Assembly (NCBI GenBank): GCA_050951545.1
Contig: JBMNJG010000005.1
Location: forward strand, 288,001-352,000
Reading direction: 5' to 3'
From: Limnochordia bacterium
Lineage (GTDB): Bacteria > Bacillota > Limnochordia > DTU080
Length of the DNA: 64,000 nt
Part shown: positions 10,113 to 19,978 of the stretch, one piece after another
How the letters are laid out: every line of letters begins with the position of its first letter
Numbering within the stretch: the first letter of the stretch is position 1
The notes under the pieces: generated by a model
Databases searched by the model: none
Seen by the model: only the letters and a program-made list of their open reading frames with translations
What the model was told of the DNA's origin: nothing
Program-made: the position numbers and the translations under genes

Positions 10113-11045
10113 ATGGTACGCCAACCAATAGGCCCCATCAACGCCGCGACACCCACGCCTCTGAAACCCGACGGAACGCTGGACCGAGCCTCAGCCCTGC
10201 GGCTGTGCAGGCGTTGGCTCGATATTGACCTCGACGGTGTGTTTCTCTTAGGCAGCATGGGCGAAGGTCCTTACCTACCTGAGGGTGTCCGCGACGCTTT
10301 CCTTGAGCTCGCTTTGGATCAGGTAGGAGGCAAGTTGGCCCTGTTTGCCAGCGTGGCCGATCTGTCCCGCGAACGTATGCACGACAGGGCAGTACGCTAT
10401 GCCCGCATGGGTGTGGATCGAGTGATCCTCTTGGCTCCACCGGGGAGCGACCCTGCCAAAGCGGTGGCAGACGTCAAGTGGCTGGCCGATGCCTGTTCGG
10501 TGCCGTGTGGTTACTACGAGGTTCCCACGAACACCAATGTCGCCCTGACCATAGCTCAAATCATTGAGATCCTCACTCACGAGAACATCACCGTGTTCAA
10601 AGACTCGAGCAACAACCCCTTGCTGGCACAGCACATGGCGTCGGAAGCAGTCCGTAGTACGAGTGTGGTTGCGCTCGACGGATCGGAGTTTCGCACGGCG
10701 TTCTCTGCGGCCTTGGGCTACGACGGGGTGCTCCATGGCGGGGCAGTGTTAACGGCAAGGCGCGTACGCCGAATCTGGGAGGCTGCTCTGCGCGGCCTCC
10801 TGGAGGAAGCCATCCGTCTCGATAGGGAAAACTCCTTGTTCTTGGCTTCAGTGTATGACCGCGTAATCTCCCGGTCACGGGCCATCATTGGCCAGAAGTA
10901 TGCTCTGAAGCTACTCGAAGTGTTTGATCATGAGCATGTCGTGCTAGATCAGTATCTGGACGAGGCTGCCCAGAAACGCATAGTCGAAACAGTAGAAGCC
11001 AACCGAAATTGGCTAGCCGCTTCTGGGGATTCCCTGCACAGCTAA
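10113..11045 (+). CDS. DHDPS/NAL-family aldolase or dehydratase
   Basis: TPLKPDGTLD, GSMGE, YYEVP, Schiff-base Lys in FKDSS. Confidence 0.85.
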   Translation: MVRQPIGPINAATPTPLKPDGTLDRASALRLCRRWLDIDLDGVFLLGSMGEGPYLPEGVRDAFLELALDQVGGKLALFASVADLSRERMHDRAVRYARMGVDRVILLAPPGSDPAKAVADVKWLADACSVPCGYYEVPTNTNVALTIAQIIEILTHENITVFKDSSNNPLLAQHMASEAVRSTSVVALDGSEFRTAFSAALGYDGVLHGGAVLTARRVRRIWEAALRGLLEEAIRLDRENSLFLASVYDRVISRSRAIIGQKYALKLLEVFDHEHVVLDQYLDEAAQKRIVETVEANRNWLAASGDSLHS

Positions 11046-11146
11046 TCCGCTCGGATCTTTCCCAGCCCAAGAGGATCTGACTAATGCTGGCTGAATGTTA
11101 TACGCGAAAACCAGCGACCACAAAAGGTATGGGAGGTGCCAGTATC

Positions 11147-12412
11147 ATGCATCGTAGGGTAGGCATGCTTTTCATTGTGGCTAGCATGGTCTTAGCGTTT
11201 TCGCTCACGATCCAGGCCAAGACAACCATCAAGTATCAGTACAACTGGTATGCCATCACGACCCCAGGGTACAGTGAAGCCTTTCAGCTAATGGTGGACA
11301 CCTTTAACCGCTCTCAAGACAACATCTTCGTCGACGGTTTTGTGGTCCAAGGTGGCGACCAGAAGCTGCTAACAGCTATTGCTGGTGGCGTACACGCAGA
11401 CGTAGTACACTTTGAGGCTTCCTCAGTGATCGAGTGGGTGGCGCAGGGCCTCGTGGAACCCATCGACGATGTCTTCTCTGTGCAAGACATCCGTCGCGAC
11501 TACTATCCCGCCGAAGCCGCCGAGGTCGTCTGGAATGGACGCGTCTGGGCCATTCCAGGATATGCGAATGCTCGCGGCCTATTCTGGAACGTAGATATCT
11601 TCGACGAAGTAGGTATGGACAGCTCACGAGCCCCGGTGGGCATCACGGGCCTGGAAGAACTCGCCCGCAAAGCACTCAAGACAGATGCGGATGGTCGCAT
11701 CATCCGCCTCGGGTTTGCGCCATGGTTGGGAGGGTTCTACCCTGCGGGTTGGTTCTGGAGCTTCGGCGGCGAGATCTACGACCCATCTACGGGTCTGCCT
11801 ACCCTCGAGAACGAGTTGAACGTACGCGCATGGGACTGGGTACAAGATTGGGCACAGCGCTATCCGCCTGGCCAGTACAGCCTGACAGCCCAACGTGCAT
11901 CCGGCTTTGCTGGTAATTTCATGGATCGCTCGCTAGCAGCCGTCATTGCCGCAGACAACTCTGTGAGAACCTATACCACCGTAGCCCCCGACCTTACCTT
12001 CCGTACTGGCGAAGTCCCCCACGCCGAAGGCGGGCGCAACGGAACCTGGGGCGGCGGAGTGGGGCACATCATCCCCAGGGGTACCAAGTACCCCAAGGAA
12101 GCCAAGGAGTTCATGCGCTGGATCGCTACGGAAGGCCAGTGGATCCTCTACCAGCAGCTAAACGAGTTTCCACCACGCCGATCGCTAGCCGACCGCGTGG
12201 TACGCTCGCTTGACCGCAATGATTTGCGCCTCCCCTTATTCACGCAAATGGAGGTGCGCAACCCGCGTCCTCCACTGTGGGCAAACGTTATTCGCAAACT
12301 GATCTCTGCTGAAAGTGCCCAGGTGATCACCGGGCGAGCCAATCCCCGGGAAGTGCTTGCGAATCTGCAGCGCGAGGTTCTTCCTTTGTACAAGGCCTTG
12401 CAGTCAGACTGA
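11147..12412 (+). CDS. Sugar-type ABC solute-binding protein
   Basis: GGAGG RBS, signal peptide, KLLTAIAGG, GLFWN; paralog of 37851-39095. Confidence 0.88.
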   Translation: MHRRVGMLFIVASMVLAFSLTIQAKTTIKYQYNWYAITTPGYSEAFQLMVDTFNRSQDNIFVDGFVVQGGDQKLLTAIAGGVHADVVHFEASSVIEWVAQGLVEPIDDVFSVQDIRRDYYPAEAAEVVWNGRVWAIPGYANARGLFWNVDIFDEVGMDSSRAPVGITGLEELARKALKTDADGRIIRLGFAPWLGGFYPAGWFWSFGGEIYDPSTGLPTLENELNVRAWDWVQDWAQRYPPGQYSLTAQRASGFAGNFMDRSLAAVIAADNSVRTYTTVAPDLTFRTGEVPHAEGGRNGTWGGGVGHIIPRGTKYPKEAKEFMRWIATEGQWILYQQLNEFPPRRSLADRVVRSLDRNDLRLPLFTQMEVRNPRPPLWANVIRKLISAESAQVITGRANPREVLANLQREVLPLYKALQSD

Positions 12413-12429
12413 CCCTGGAGCGGTCGAAC

Positions 12430-12462
12430 CCGTGCGTCGCTACCCATCACAGCGACGCACGG
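12430..12462. terminator. Hairpin between convergent genes
   Basis: CCGTGCGTCGCT-N9-AGCGACGCACGG perfect 12-bp stem; no U-tract. Confidence 0.55.
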
Positions 12463-12471
12463 TGCTCACAC

Positions 12472-13551
12472 TCAGTGATTCACTGGAAGCTCCCGCCGGT
12501 CTTTCCCGCGTCGGATGTTTTCCCTTCCTCCATAGCGGTAGGGGATGCGATCCACCACAGGTAGGAGTGCAGGAAATGCCCTATGCGGCTCACTCTGGTA
12601 CCAATACGCTACACTCGTCCAGTCACCGGAACGGTCATTGCCATGACCATGCTCCATAGAGAACAGAAGCGACTTGCTGAAGTATACCGGGTCTTCGATG
12701 TGGTAGCGATACATCGAGTGCTTGCCTGTGTAGTCATCGTTGCCTTTGAACACGTACCCAAAGTACGGGGTACAGAACGTTTGCCGTAGCAGATTATAGT
12801 TCCAGGCACCGCAGAAATAGTCTTCCATGCCTGTCCCGTGTAAAGACGGGGGCCACGCCTCTCCGTCGATGAAGAACATATCATCGCCTTCGCCCCACCA
12901 CCCAGGCTCGTTCGTGTCTAGATCGATGTGGCAGCCAACGTAGTGCCCCCGCCCCTCAGCCTCTAATACGACGTAGTTATCTTGGCCCGTCAGGTTCACA
13001 GGGCCAGTGGCGCCGCGGGTCCATGTCCCGACTGGCGCATCAGCCTTCACAACCAGCTGCCGCCGCCATTGGGCGTGAAAGCGTCCCAGGTCCTGAACAT
13101 CCGTGCCCTCCTGGTAATCCACATAGAAGTAGAGTATGGCGTCTTTCTCGCCCTGGTTCTCCACAGTAATCCGCCCGCGCTCAGCAAAAGGCATAGGGAA
13201 CCAGCAGTTAAACGCCCTGTGAAACATCTGCAGCGGGGCAGAGCTGAAGTATGTGACAGTGGCATGCCCCAATCCGAAGAAGTCTCCAATTGGGCACTCC
13301 ACACTGGGGGATTTCTCGTCATCCCAATACATGCGCAACACCAGGTTGCGCAAATGGAAATCCTCGCCGCTGGCTATTGTCACCCATATGTGCCGTATAC
13401 AGCCCGGGCCCGCCATGTCAGCCAGAGTACACGTCTCTCCGGCCTTCATCACCCAGTTGTCCGTGTTACCGCCAGTGGTATCCCAACTCGATACCCGCCG
13501 TGATCTTACGGTTCGCAACCGAGCCAAGTCTGACAACGCGCCATCCATCAA
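12472..13551 (-). CDS. DUF2961 / GH172-family protein
   Basis: SSWDTTGGN, GPGCIRHIWVT, PIGDFFG, WWGEGDD, GTGMEDYF, YRYHIEDP. Confidence 0.88.
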   Translation of the reverse strand: MMDGALSDLARLRTVRSRRVSSWDTTGGNTDNWVMKAGETCTLADMAGPGCIRHIWVTIASGEDFHLRNLVLRMYWDDEKSPSVECPIGDFFGLGHATVTYFSSAPLQMFHRAFNCWFPMPFAERGRITVENQGEKDAILYFYVDYQEGTDVQDLGRFHAQWRRQLVVKADAPVGTWTRGATGPVNLTGQDNYVVLEAEGRGHYVGCHIDLDTNEPGWWGEGDDMFFIDGEAWPPSLHGTGMEDYFCGAWNYNLLRQTFCTPYFGYVFKGNDDYTGKHSMYRYHIEDPVYFSKSLLFSMEHGHGNDRSGDWTSVAYWYQSEPHRAFPALLPVVDRIPYRYGGRENIRRGKDRRELPVNH

Positions 13552-13599
13552 TACCCCTCCAAGCGCATTTTTCTGGGTCCCGGGTACGTCTTTCCCCTG

Positions 13600-14805
13600 T
13601 CAGTCCTCCATCATCTCCCGGATTTTCGCCTGTATGACCCCTTCCATGGACGGATGAAACGACGAAGGTAGGCCGAAGTACCTACAGGAACTATGCGTCT
13701 CATAGCCGCCTTCTTCGAACATATGTGCAGTGGGGATGTAGGCCACTACTGCGTTAGCGTAGCCCACTGGTAGCGCATAGGCTCCCGGTCTGAGCTGCTT
13801 CACGAAATGACCGTACTCAACCACTGGCTCTCCGCCTAAGCCTACCAGAGAGACCTCCTTAGCCAGGTCCAGCCGCTGGAGAGGTAGGCCGACGTACTCC
13901 CCTTCTTTCTCCAGTGGCAGGCTTGCCTGATCCAGCCGGCCCAGCAGCGCAGGGGCAAAGCTGTCCTGAGCGGTGTGCACCAGATGAACCACATGTGCAC
14001 CCAAGGCTGCACCAAAGGCCTTGAGGTCTTCGCTTTGGCCGCTTCGGAACCGCTGACCTCCTACGAAAGTGCAGTTCGAGCGCACGTCACCACAACAGCC
14101 CTGCAAGAAGCCAGCCACGGCCCCGGGTAAGGCTCTCTCTACATAGCGCCTCGCTTCAGCTGGGTAGTCACCAGAGATGCCGTAGCCACTGACTGTGGAC
14201 GCGTGGCAAGTGAAATGGAAGAGAACCGCCAGGACTTCGCCACTCTGGGGATCGTGAAAGGCCAGCGTGGTCACTTCATCGTCTCGAATTCCCTCGGGAT
14301 TTGGTGCCATACCCATCTCACCGTTGATACGGCGACGACGGTTAATGGCATACCCCCCCTCGAGAGCACCTCGCCCAGCCTTCAATACAGCCCTGCGGAT
14401 GCTGTCTTTGGCATCAGTTGCCGCCTCTAGACACTGCCGCCGCAAACGGGTCAGATACTCGGGGTCGATAGCTCCGGTATCGATCAGATTCTCCAAGGCC
14501 TGCGGCCCGCAGTGGGTGTGACTGGCAGCAAGCAACACACTACCGGGCTTGATACCGAAAGATCCAGCCAGGTCTTCGCGTACCTGTGCCGCAAACCTCG
14601 CACCGATGCCAATCAGATCGGCGCAGATGACACAAACTGGTCCGGCCTCGTTGCCTTCGGCATCTACCCAAAACACCCTCAGCTCGAGGTCATCGCGTAC
14701 ACTGTCTGCTCCATGCTCACGCCCCGCGAAACCCGCCATAGCGGTTCCCAACGCAGGTGTGATGATGGCTTTTCCCGTTCCGATCAAGAATTGACTGCAG
14801 CTCAT
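13600..14805 (-). CDS. Neutral/alkaline ceramidase N-terminal-domain family hydrolase
   Basis: ITP..G..MAGF, ASHTHCGP, ISGDYP, QGCCGD, EGGYE. Confidence 0.8.
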   Translation of the reverse strand: MSCSQFLIGTGKAIITPALGTAMAGFAGREHGADSVRDDLELRVFWVDAEGNEAGPVCVICADLIGIGARFAAQVREDLAGSFGIKPGSVLLAASHTHCGPQALENLIDTGAIDPEYLTRLRRQCLEAATDAKDSIRRAVLKAGRGALEGGYAINRRRRINGEMGMAPNPEGIRDDEVTTLAFHDPQSGEVLAVLFHFTCHASTVSGYGISGDYPAEARRYVERALPGAVAGFLQGCCGDVRSNCTFVGGQRFRSGQSEDLKAFGAALGAHVVHLVHTAQDSFAPALLGRLDQASLPLEKEGEYVGLPLQRLDLAKEVSLVGLGGEPVVEYGHFVKQLRPGAYALPVGYANAVVAYIPTAHMFEEGGYETHSSCRYFGLPSSFHPSMEGVIQAKIREMMED

Positions 14806-15053
14806 CCTCCGGCCTCCCAGTCCGTTGCTCACCAGCTTCTATTTCGAGCACTAAGGGTGTATTTACGCTTTCGACCGCGATCACCTCCTCCCCAGACAAT
14901 GATGTGATGCTGCACGGGCATGTCCGCAAACAGCCCGGACGGCTCCAGCAACTGTTGAAAAGGGGGCCATGTATGCACGTGGAATGTCTCAGTAAATAGC
15001 TCCCGCAGTCTCTTCCCACGGCGCGTGCAGTAAGTCATTGGAGGGTCGGAAAA

Positions 15054-17591
15054 ATGAAAAGCAGAGTGTCCACGAGGCTCGCGCACAAAGGAACTCCGCT
15101 CCCCTTGTCCGTTGCCGTCTTCATCGTGCTCCTCGGCATGTGCACAGGAATAGCCCTTGCCCAGGTAGACACGCTCCAGGGAACTGTCTTGGTCCATGCA
15201 CCTGAGACTCGGACAGGAGCCATCACGATTCGAACACAGGTGACCCTTCCTGAAAGCTGCGAAGATGCTGTCGAAGGCATATGGCTGGCCGGCCTGGCTG
15301 CGGAACCGGGAGAAGCGCCAACCGCCCTCGCCCTCACCTGGAGCCAAATCGAAGGTGGTTGGTTCGGACCCATCTGGGGGCTGCAGCTGGCAGGCGATGC
15401 TCGATTGCTCCGTGGCGTTTTCCCCCCTAAGCGTGGAGAAGAGGGATTCTTGGCTGGTACGGATTACGTAGCGTTGGCCTCGAGAGCACCGGAATGGGGT
15501 CATGTCTATGAGGCCTCGTTAGGCTACAATCCTCAGGACGGATCGGTCAGCGTCTCGGTCGATGACCTGACTGCAAATCGGGTCATCATCAGTGACGGCT
15601 ACCAGTTTGAACCAGTGACCCCTGTGCAGTGGCTGCCCAGTGCTGGTGTGACGTACAGAAGTGGTGCGACGGTAGCTGATCCCGTATCTTTCCGGATTGT
15701 CGATATCCTGGATGTGCACCTGCCCGCAGGTATCACGATCTGGCTCACTCAGCAGGATGTAGATGGCCAGTTCCGTCCGGTTGACGCCATCGATCGACGC
15801 GAGACATCCTCCCTTTTGCTACGTATGCCCTGGAAGGAGCTAGCTGGCAGTCTGTGCTTCGTGCTCGATGACGGTGAGCAGTCCCAACAGTTGCAGACTA
15901 TCTCGCAACCGAGCGATGACACCTACTACCCTCTCGATCTGAGGCATGTCCCCACTGGCAAGTTTCAATTGACAGCCCATTATGTTGAAAACGACCGTTC
16001 CTGGCAGCTCGTACAACGCGATCTGGCTGTCGGCGAGATTTCACTTCTTTTGACTGATCTACAGGGCAGGCAGACCCCAGACCACTCACTTGTCATCACG
16101 GGGCGTCTAGCAGTAGCGAGCGACGGCCCGATTGGCAGTCTGGTATCTGGAGTTGCGGTCGAGCTGACCAAACACGATTTCGGCATGACCAGAGGGGCTG
16201 GGTCAGGTGCGATTGGCTCGGAGGTCCTGGAGGCAAGCATCGTGATCAACAAGCAAATTCTCCAGATCAACGACGCTGGCCTGACCGAATTGCCCTTTGA
16301 GGCATGCATAGCATTGCCGGAGGATGCCGATGAATGCGTCTGGCAGGTCACGCTGCGCCCCTTCGTGACACCGGAGACGGTGGCCGTGAAGAGCCGAGTT
16401 GCGGACCTTTGGATTGGTAAGCCCGCACGCCCTCGGGCATGGACAGGCTTTCTGGAAGAGGAAACAGCCAGGCATATACCCGTAGCGCCCGGAGTTGATG
16501 CCTACCAGATAAGCGGTCAAATCGGTGCGGGTGCCCTTCAAATGTGCATGTTGGAGGTAAACCTGACCCACCCAGGTGTTGAAGCGAATTCGCTTGTAGG
16601 CAGCCAGTTTACGGCGGGTGCCGCTGTACGCTTTCCGCGGTCGCAGGTAAGCCAAATGGTGAAAAGCACCGGGGCAGTCGCTGGAGTAAACGCGTCGTTC
16701 TTCGAGATCAGCAGTACCATGCTGCCGTTGGGCATGCTGATCCGCTCGTGGGATCTGCTCAGAAGTCCCGACCCCGAGAACCGAGGTGTAGTGGGCATCG
16801 GCGATGACGGGCGAGCCTATATCGGCGTATGGCGTTGGCGCGGCTTCGTGTCCCGTCCAAATGGTACTCGTATCCAACTGAGTCGCGTCAACACAGCGAA
16901 ACTAAACCCGAACGAGACTGGGCTCTATCGTGCACCGTTTCTGCTCAGTCCTGGGGTTCAGTCAGCAGGTGGCGGTGGTCAAGTGACCGAGATAGTACTC
17001 CGCAAGGTGCAGCCGACATCGCCAGGCCATCTGCATGGGGTGGTGGCCGAAGTGCGCCGCAATCAGCCCGGGGTATACATTGACGCCGATGCCATAGTGG
17101 TTACGGGACGCGATGGCGCCGCTGAGCAGCTGGCTGCCGTAGACGTAGGCGAAGAAGTCGAGATCCTCTATACCCTGACTGGAGACGCTAAGTGGCCAGG
17201 GCTGCCTGCCACCGACCAGCTCAAGGCCGCCGCCAGCGGCGGTGTGGTCCTTGTGAAGAACGGCCTGTATGGCGACCCGGCAGTGCACACAGACGCAAAC
17301 CGTCACCCGCGGACGGTGGCTGCTGTCAGCTCAGATCGGAAAACGCTCTACCTCTTTGTGGTGGACGGTCGCTCAAAAGCTAGTGTGGGTATGACCTACA
17401 AGGAGATGGCGGACCTCTTCCTGTACATGGGGGCCTTTGAAGCCCTCAACCTAGACGGGGGCGGATCGTCAACATTGGTCACTATGCCAGAAGGCTCGTC
17501 GACGCCCCGGGCGATCAACACGCCCTCCGACGGCCAAGAGCGCTTCGTACCAGATGGGGTGGGTGTTTTCTATCGTCGGGAACAGAACTAG
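15054..17591 (+). CDS. Secreted phosphodiester glycosidase (NAGPA domain) with large unknown N-terminal region
   Basis: Signal peptide; AGVNASFF, HPRT, VVDGRS, ALNLDGGGSST, NTPSDG. Confidence 0.85.
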   Translation: MKSRVSTRLAHKGTPLPLSVAVFIVLLGMCTGIALAQVDTLQGTVLVHAPETRTGAITIRTQVTLPESCEDAVEGIWLAGLAAEPGEAPTALALTWSQIEGGWFGPIWGLQLAGDARLLRGVFPPKRGEEGFLAGTDYVALASRAPEWGHVYEASLGYNPQDGSVSVSVDDLTANRVIISDGYQFEPVTPVQWLPSAGVTYRSGATVADPVSFRIVDILDVHLPAGITIWLTQQDVDGQFRPVDAIDRRETSSLLLRMPWKELAGSLCFVLDDGEQSQQLQTISQPSDDTYYPLDLRHVPTGKFQLTAHYVENDRSWQLVQRDLAVGEISLLLTDLQGRQTPDHSLVITGRLAVASDGPIGSLVSGVAVELTKHDFGMTRGAGSGAIGSEVLEASIVINKQILQINDAGLTELPFEACIALPEDADECVWQVTLRPFVTPETVAVKSRVADLWIGKPARPRAWTGFLEEETARHIPVAPGVDAYQISGQIGAGALQMCMLEVNLTHPGVEANSLVGSQFTAGAAVRFPRSQVSQMVKSTGAVAGVNASFFEISSTMLPLGMLIRSWDLLRSPDPENRGVVGIGDDGRAYIGVWRWRGFVSRPNGTRIQLSRVNTAKLNPNETGLYRAPFLLSPGVQSAGGGGQVTEIVLRKVQPTSPGHLHGVVAEVRRNQPGVYIDADAIVVTGRDGAAEQLAAVDVGEEVEILYTLTGDAKWPGLPATDQLKAAASGGVVLVKNGLYGDPAVHTDANRHPRTVAAVSSDRKTLYLFVVDGRSKASVGMTYKEMADLFLYMGAFEALNLDGGGSSTLVTMPEGSSTPRAINTPSDGQERFVPDGVGVFYRREQN

Positions 17592-17638
17592 GCTACTGAT
17601 GGGTACCCGCATTCACAACAGCCAGGAGGTAGCATGAG

Positions 17639-18763
17639 ATGACCTTTCGTGAGCGTTACTTGCAGACCTTGCTTTTTGGCAAACCTGACCGTATTCCATT
17701 GATGCCAGGCGGGCCACGCGAATCCACGCTGCGCGCCTGGCACCAGCAAGGCCTTCCGGAGGGGCAGCCCTACTTTGGCGCCTTGCTTCAAGAGCTGAGG
17801 TTGCCCTCAATGCCAGGAGGTCTGCATCATCTGGGGGTCTCTTTCCAAATGATCCCCACCTTTGAAGAGAAAGTGCTCGCACACAAGGATGGGCATTACA
17901 TCGTCCAAGACTGGATGGGGGCTACTACCGAGATCTCCGATCAGTACGATTACACATACATTCGCAGTGCCAAGGATTTCGTCACCCGCAAGTGGCACAA
18001 GTTCCCGGTCGAAACCCATGCTGACTGGGAGCAGATGCGCACTCGGTACTCCCTGGATACTCCCGGCCGATCCCCCGAGGATTTCGCCAGCCGCTGCCGT
18101 GATCTACAGAAGCGAGACGTCATAGTCACGGTGCAGATCAATGGCCCCTTTTGGCAGTTGCGCGAGTGGTGCGGCTTTGAAAACCTCTGCATGCTTTTTC
18201 TTGATGACCCAGGGTTTGTGCAGGATATGATCTCGTTTTGGACCGGTTTCGTCTCACAGATGCTTGAGCGCATTTTCGAACACGTGACCCTTGACCGCCT
18301 CGGCATCTCTGAAGACATGGCCTTCAAAGAACGCAGCATGATCTCCCCAGCCATGACCCGCGAGTTCCTTGTACCCAGCTACAAGTGCTGGGTGGCCCAA
18401 GCGCGATCAGCAGGATGCCCCATCGTGGACATGGACTCCGACGGTTATATCGCAGAGCTCATCCCCCTCTGGATCGAATCGGGGGTCAACGTATGTGACC
18501 CTGTTGAAGTGGCCGCCGGAAACGATATTACGGCTTTTCGCCGGCAGTTCAGGACAAACATGGCCTACAAGGGCGGTATCGACAAGCGAGCTATTGCCAA
18601 AGGTGGTCGCGTAATCGAAGCCGAACTCAGGCGCGTGGTGCCCCCACTGCTCGAAGAGGGCGGCTTCATCCCTGGATGTGACCACGGAGTACCTCCTGAT
18701 ATCTCCTGGTCCAACTTTGTACACTACGCTCGACTTTTGGCGGACCTTTGCGGGTGGTTGTAG
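17639..18763 (+). CDS. Uroporphyrinogen decarboxylase / MtaA-CmuA family protein
   Basis: MTFRER start, SEDMAFK..MISP, GGIDK, GGFIPGCDHGVPPD. Confidence 0.8.
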   Translation: MTFRERYLQTLLFGKPDRIPLMPGGPRESTLRAWHQQGLPEGQPYFGALLQELRLPSMPGGLHHLGVSFQMIPTFEEKVLAHKDGHYIVQDWMGATTEISDQYDYTYIRSAKDFVTRKWHKFPVETHADWEQMRTRYSLDTPGRSPEDFASRCRDLQKRDVIVTVQINGPFWQLREWCGFENLCMLFLDDPGFVQDMISFWTGFVSQMLERIFEHVTLDRLGISEDMAFKERSMISPAMTREFLVPSYKCWVAQARSAGCPIVDMDSDGYIAELIPLWIESGVNVCDPVEVAAGNDITAFRRQFRTNMAYKGGIDKRAIAKGGRVIEAELRRVVPPLLEEGGFIPGCDHGVPPDISWSNFVHYARLLADLCGWL

Positions 18764-19013
18764 ACCCCCCTCTGTGCCAAGATTGGTGAGACACCTTCCA
18801 TCCCGAATTGTGCCGATGAGGTGTTGGAAGGCGTCTCACAGGGCTTGACACGTACAGCTCGGCCTCCTGGAGGGGAGACTAATGAACGTGAAGAATAGCC
18901 ACATCATACCCGTCGTCACCACAGCCAATTTCCACAGCGAACGGGACAATCTCGATGCAGTATCCTCATACAGGAAACACAGAGTATCGCCACAGAGAAA
19001 CGGAGGAAGCAGA

Positions 19014-19576
19014 TTGAGACTACGCCATATCTACAAAACAGTGATAGTAGCTCTTTGTCTTGGCGCCATACTATGTGGACAAGCACTGGCAAAAACACAG
19101 ATTGTGCAGTTCGCTTCCGTGAATCATGGTGACGCACACCGGGAATTCCTTGAAGCATCCAGAATAATTTATGAAGCCCAGAACCCAGACGTACAGATCG
19201 AGATCATCACTGGTGATCAGAACAAAGCAATGACCATGATAGTGGCTGGGGCACAGCTGGATGTTATCGACATGTCGACCAACGAAGCACCGCAGTTTTT
19301 TGCCAGTGGCTTGCTCAAGAACCTGGCTCCTTATATCGCCAAGGACAAGAGCTTTGACATCCGTGCTTTTGTGCCAGTCAGCACGCTGGGCTACCAGGCG
19401 CGGGGTGAGGTCTTCGGCCTGCCTACCAGCACTTTCCAGATCCTGTGCTGGTATAACAAAGACCTCTTTCAGCAAGCAGGCGTGCTGGATCCAAACGAGT
19501 TAGGGTCGAACTGGAACTGGGAAAGTGTCATCTCTGCGGGTAAGAAACTCACCCGTGATACCACTGGTGACGGGGT
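19014..19576 (+). pseudogene. 5' half of a solute-binding protein, truncated
   Basis: SBP-like up to WNWE..KKLTRDTTGDG, then abruptly joined to unrelated sequence. Confidence 0.75.
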
Positions 19577-19888
19577 TTCTATGTCGACCTCTCAGCGCGC
19601 CTGGCTGAGCTCGGCCGCAAACCGCGACAGACACGGGAGTTCTTCTTGCGCTACCAAGATCGAATTCTCTTTGGCACAGACGGGTTAGACGCACCGAGCA
19701 TGTACCGTAACCATTTCCGTTTCCTAGAAACCGCTGACGAATGCTTTGAGGACTGGATGTACCCAAACCATGGCTTCTTCTTTATCTCCGGTCTGAGTCT
19801 GCCCGACGATGTCCTACGCAAGATCTATGCAGACAACGCCCTCGCGCTCATTCCCGGCCTGGCATCACCGACCACGAGTCATTCCTGA
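19577..19888 (+). pseudogene. 3' fragment of an amidohydrolase_2-family gene
   Basis: Alternative frame reads FYVDLSARLAELGRKPR..YQDRILFGTD..LPDDVLRKIYADNA; no N-terminus. Confidence 0.75.
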
Positions 19889-19917
19889 GAGATCGCCAGC
19901 TGAGTCAGTAGTAGTCG

Positions 19918-19941
19918 AAAGGCCACCGAAAGGCGGCCTTT
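19918..19941. terminator. Bidirectional intrinsic terminator
   Basis: AAAGGCCACC-GAAA-GGCGGCCTTT between convergent genes. Confidence 0.7.
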
Positions 19942-19978
19942 GTCTTTGGCTGAGCTCACCTAACTCTTGTGAGGGTGG

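Noticed and set aside
14829-15503. 224-aa antisense ORF and the many other shadow ORFs in the track
   Set aside because: They overlap well-supported genes and lack motifs, as expected at high GC.
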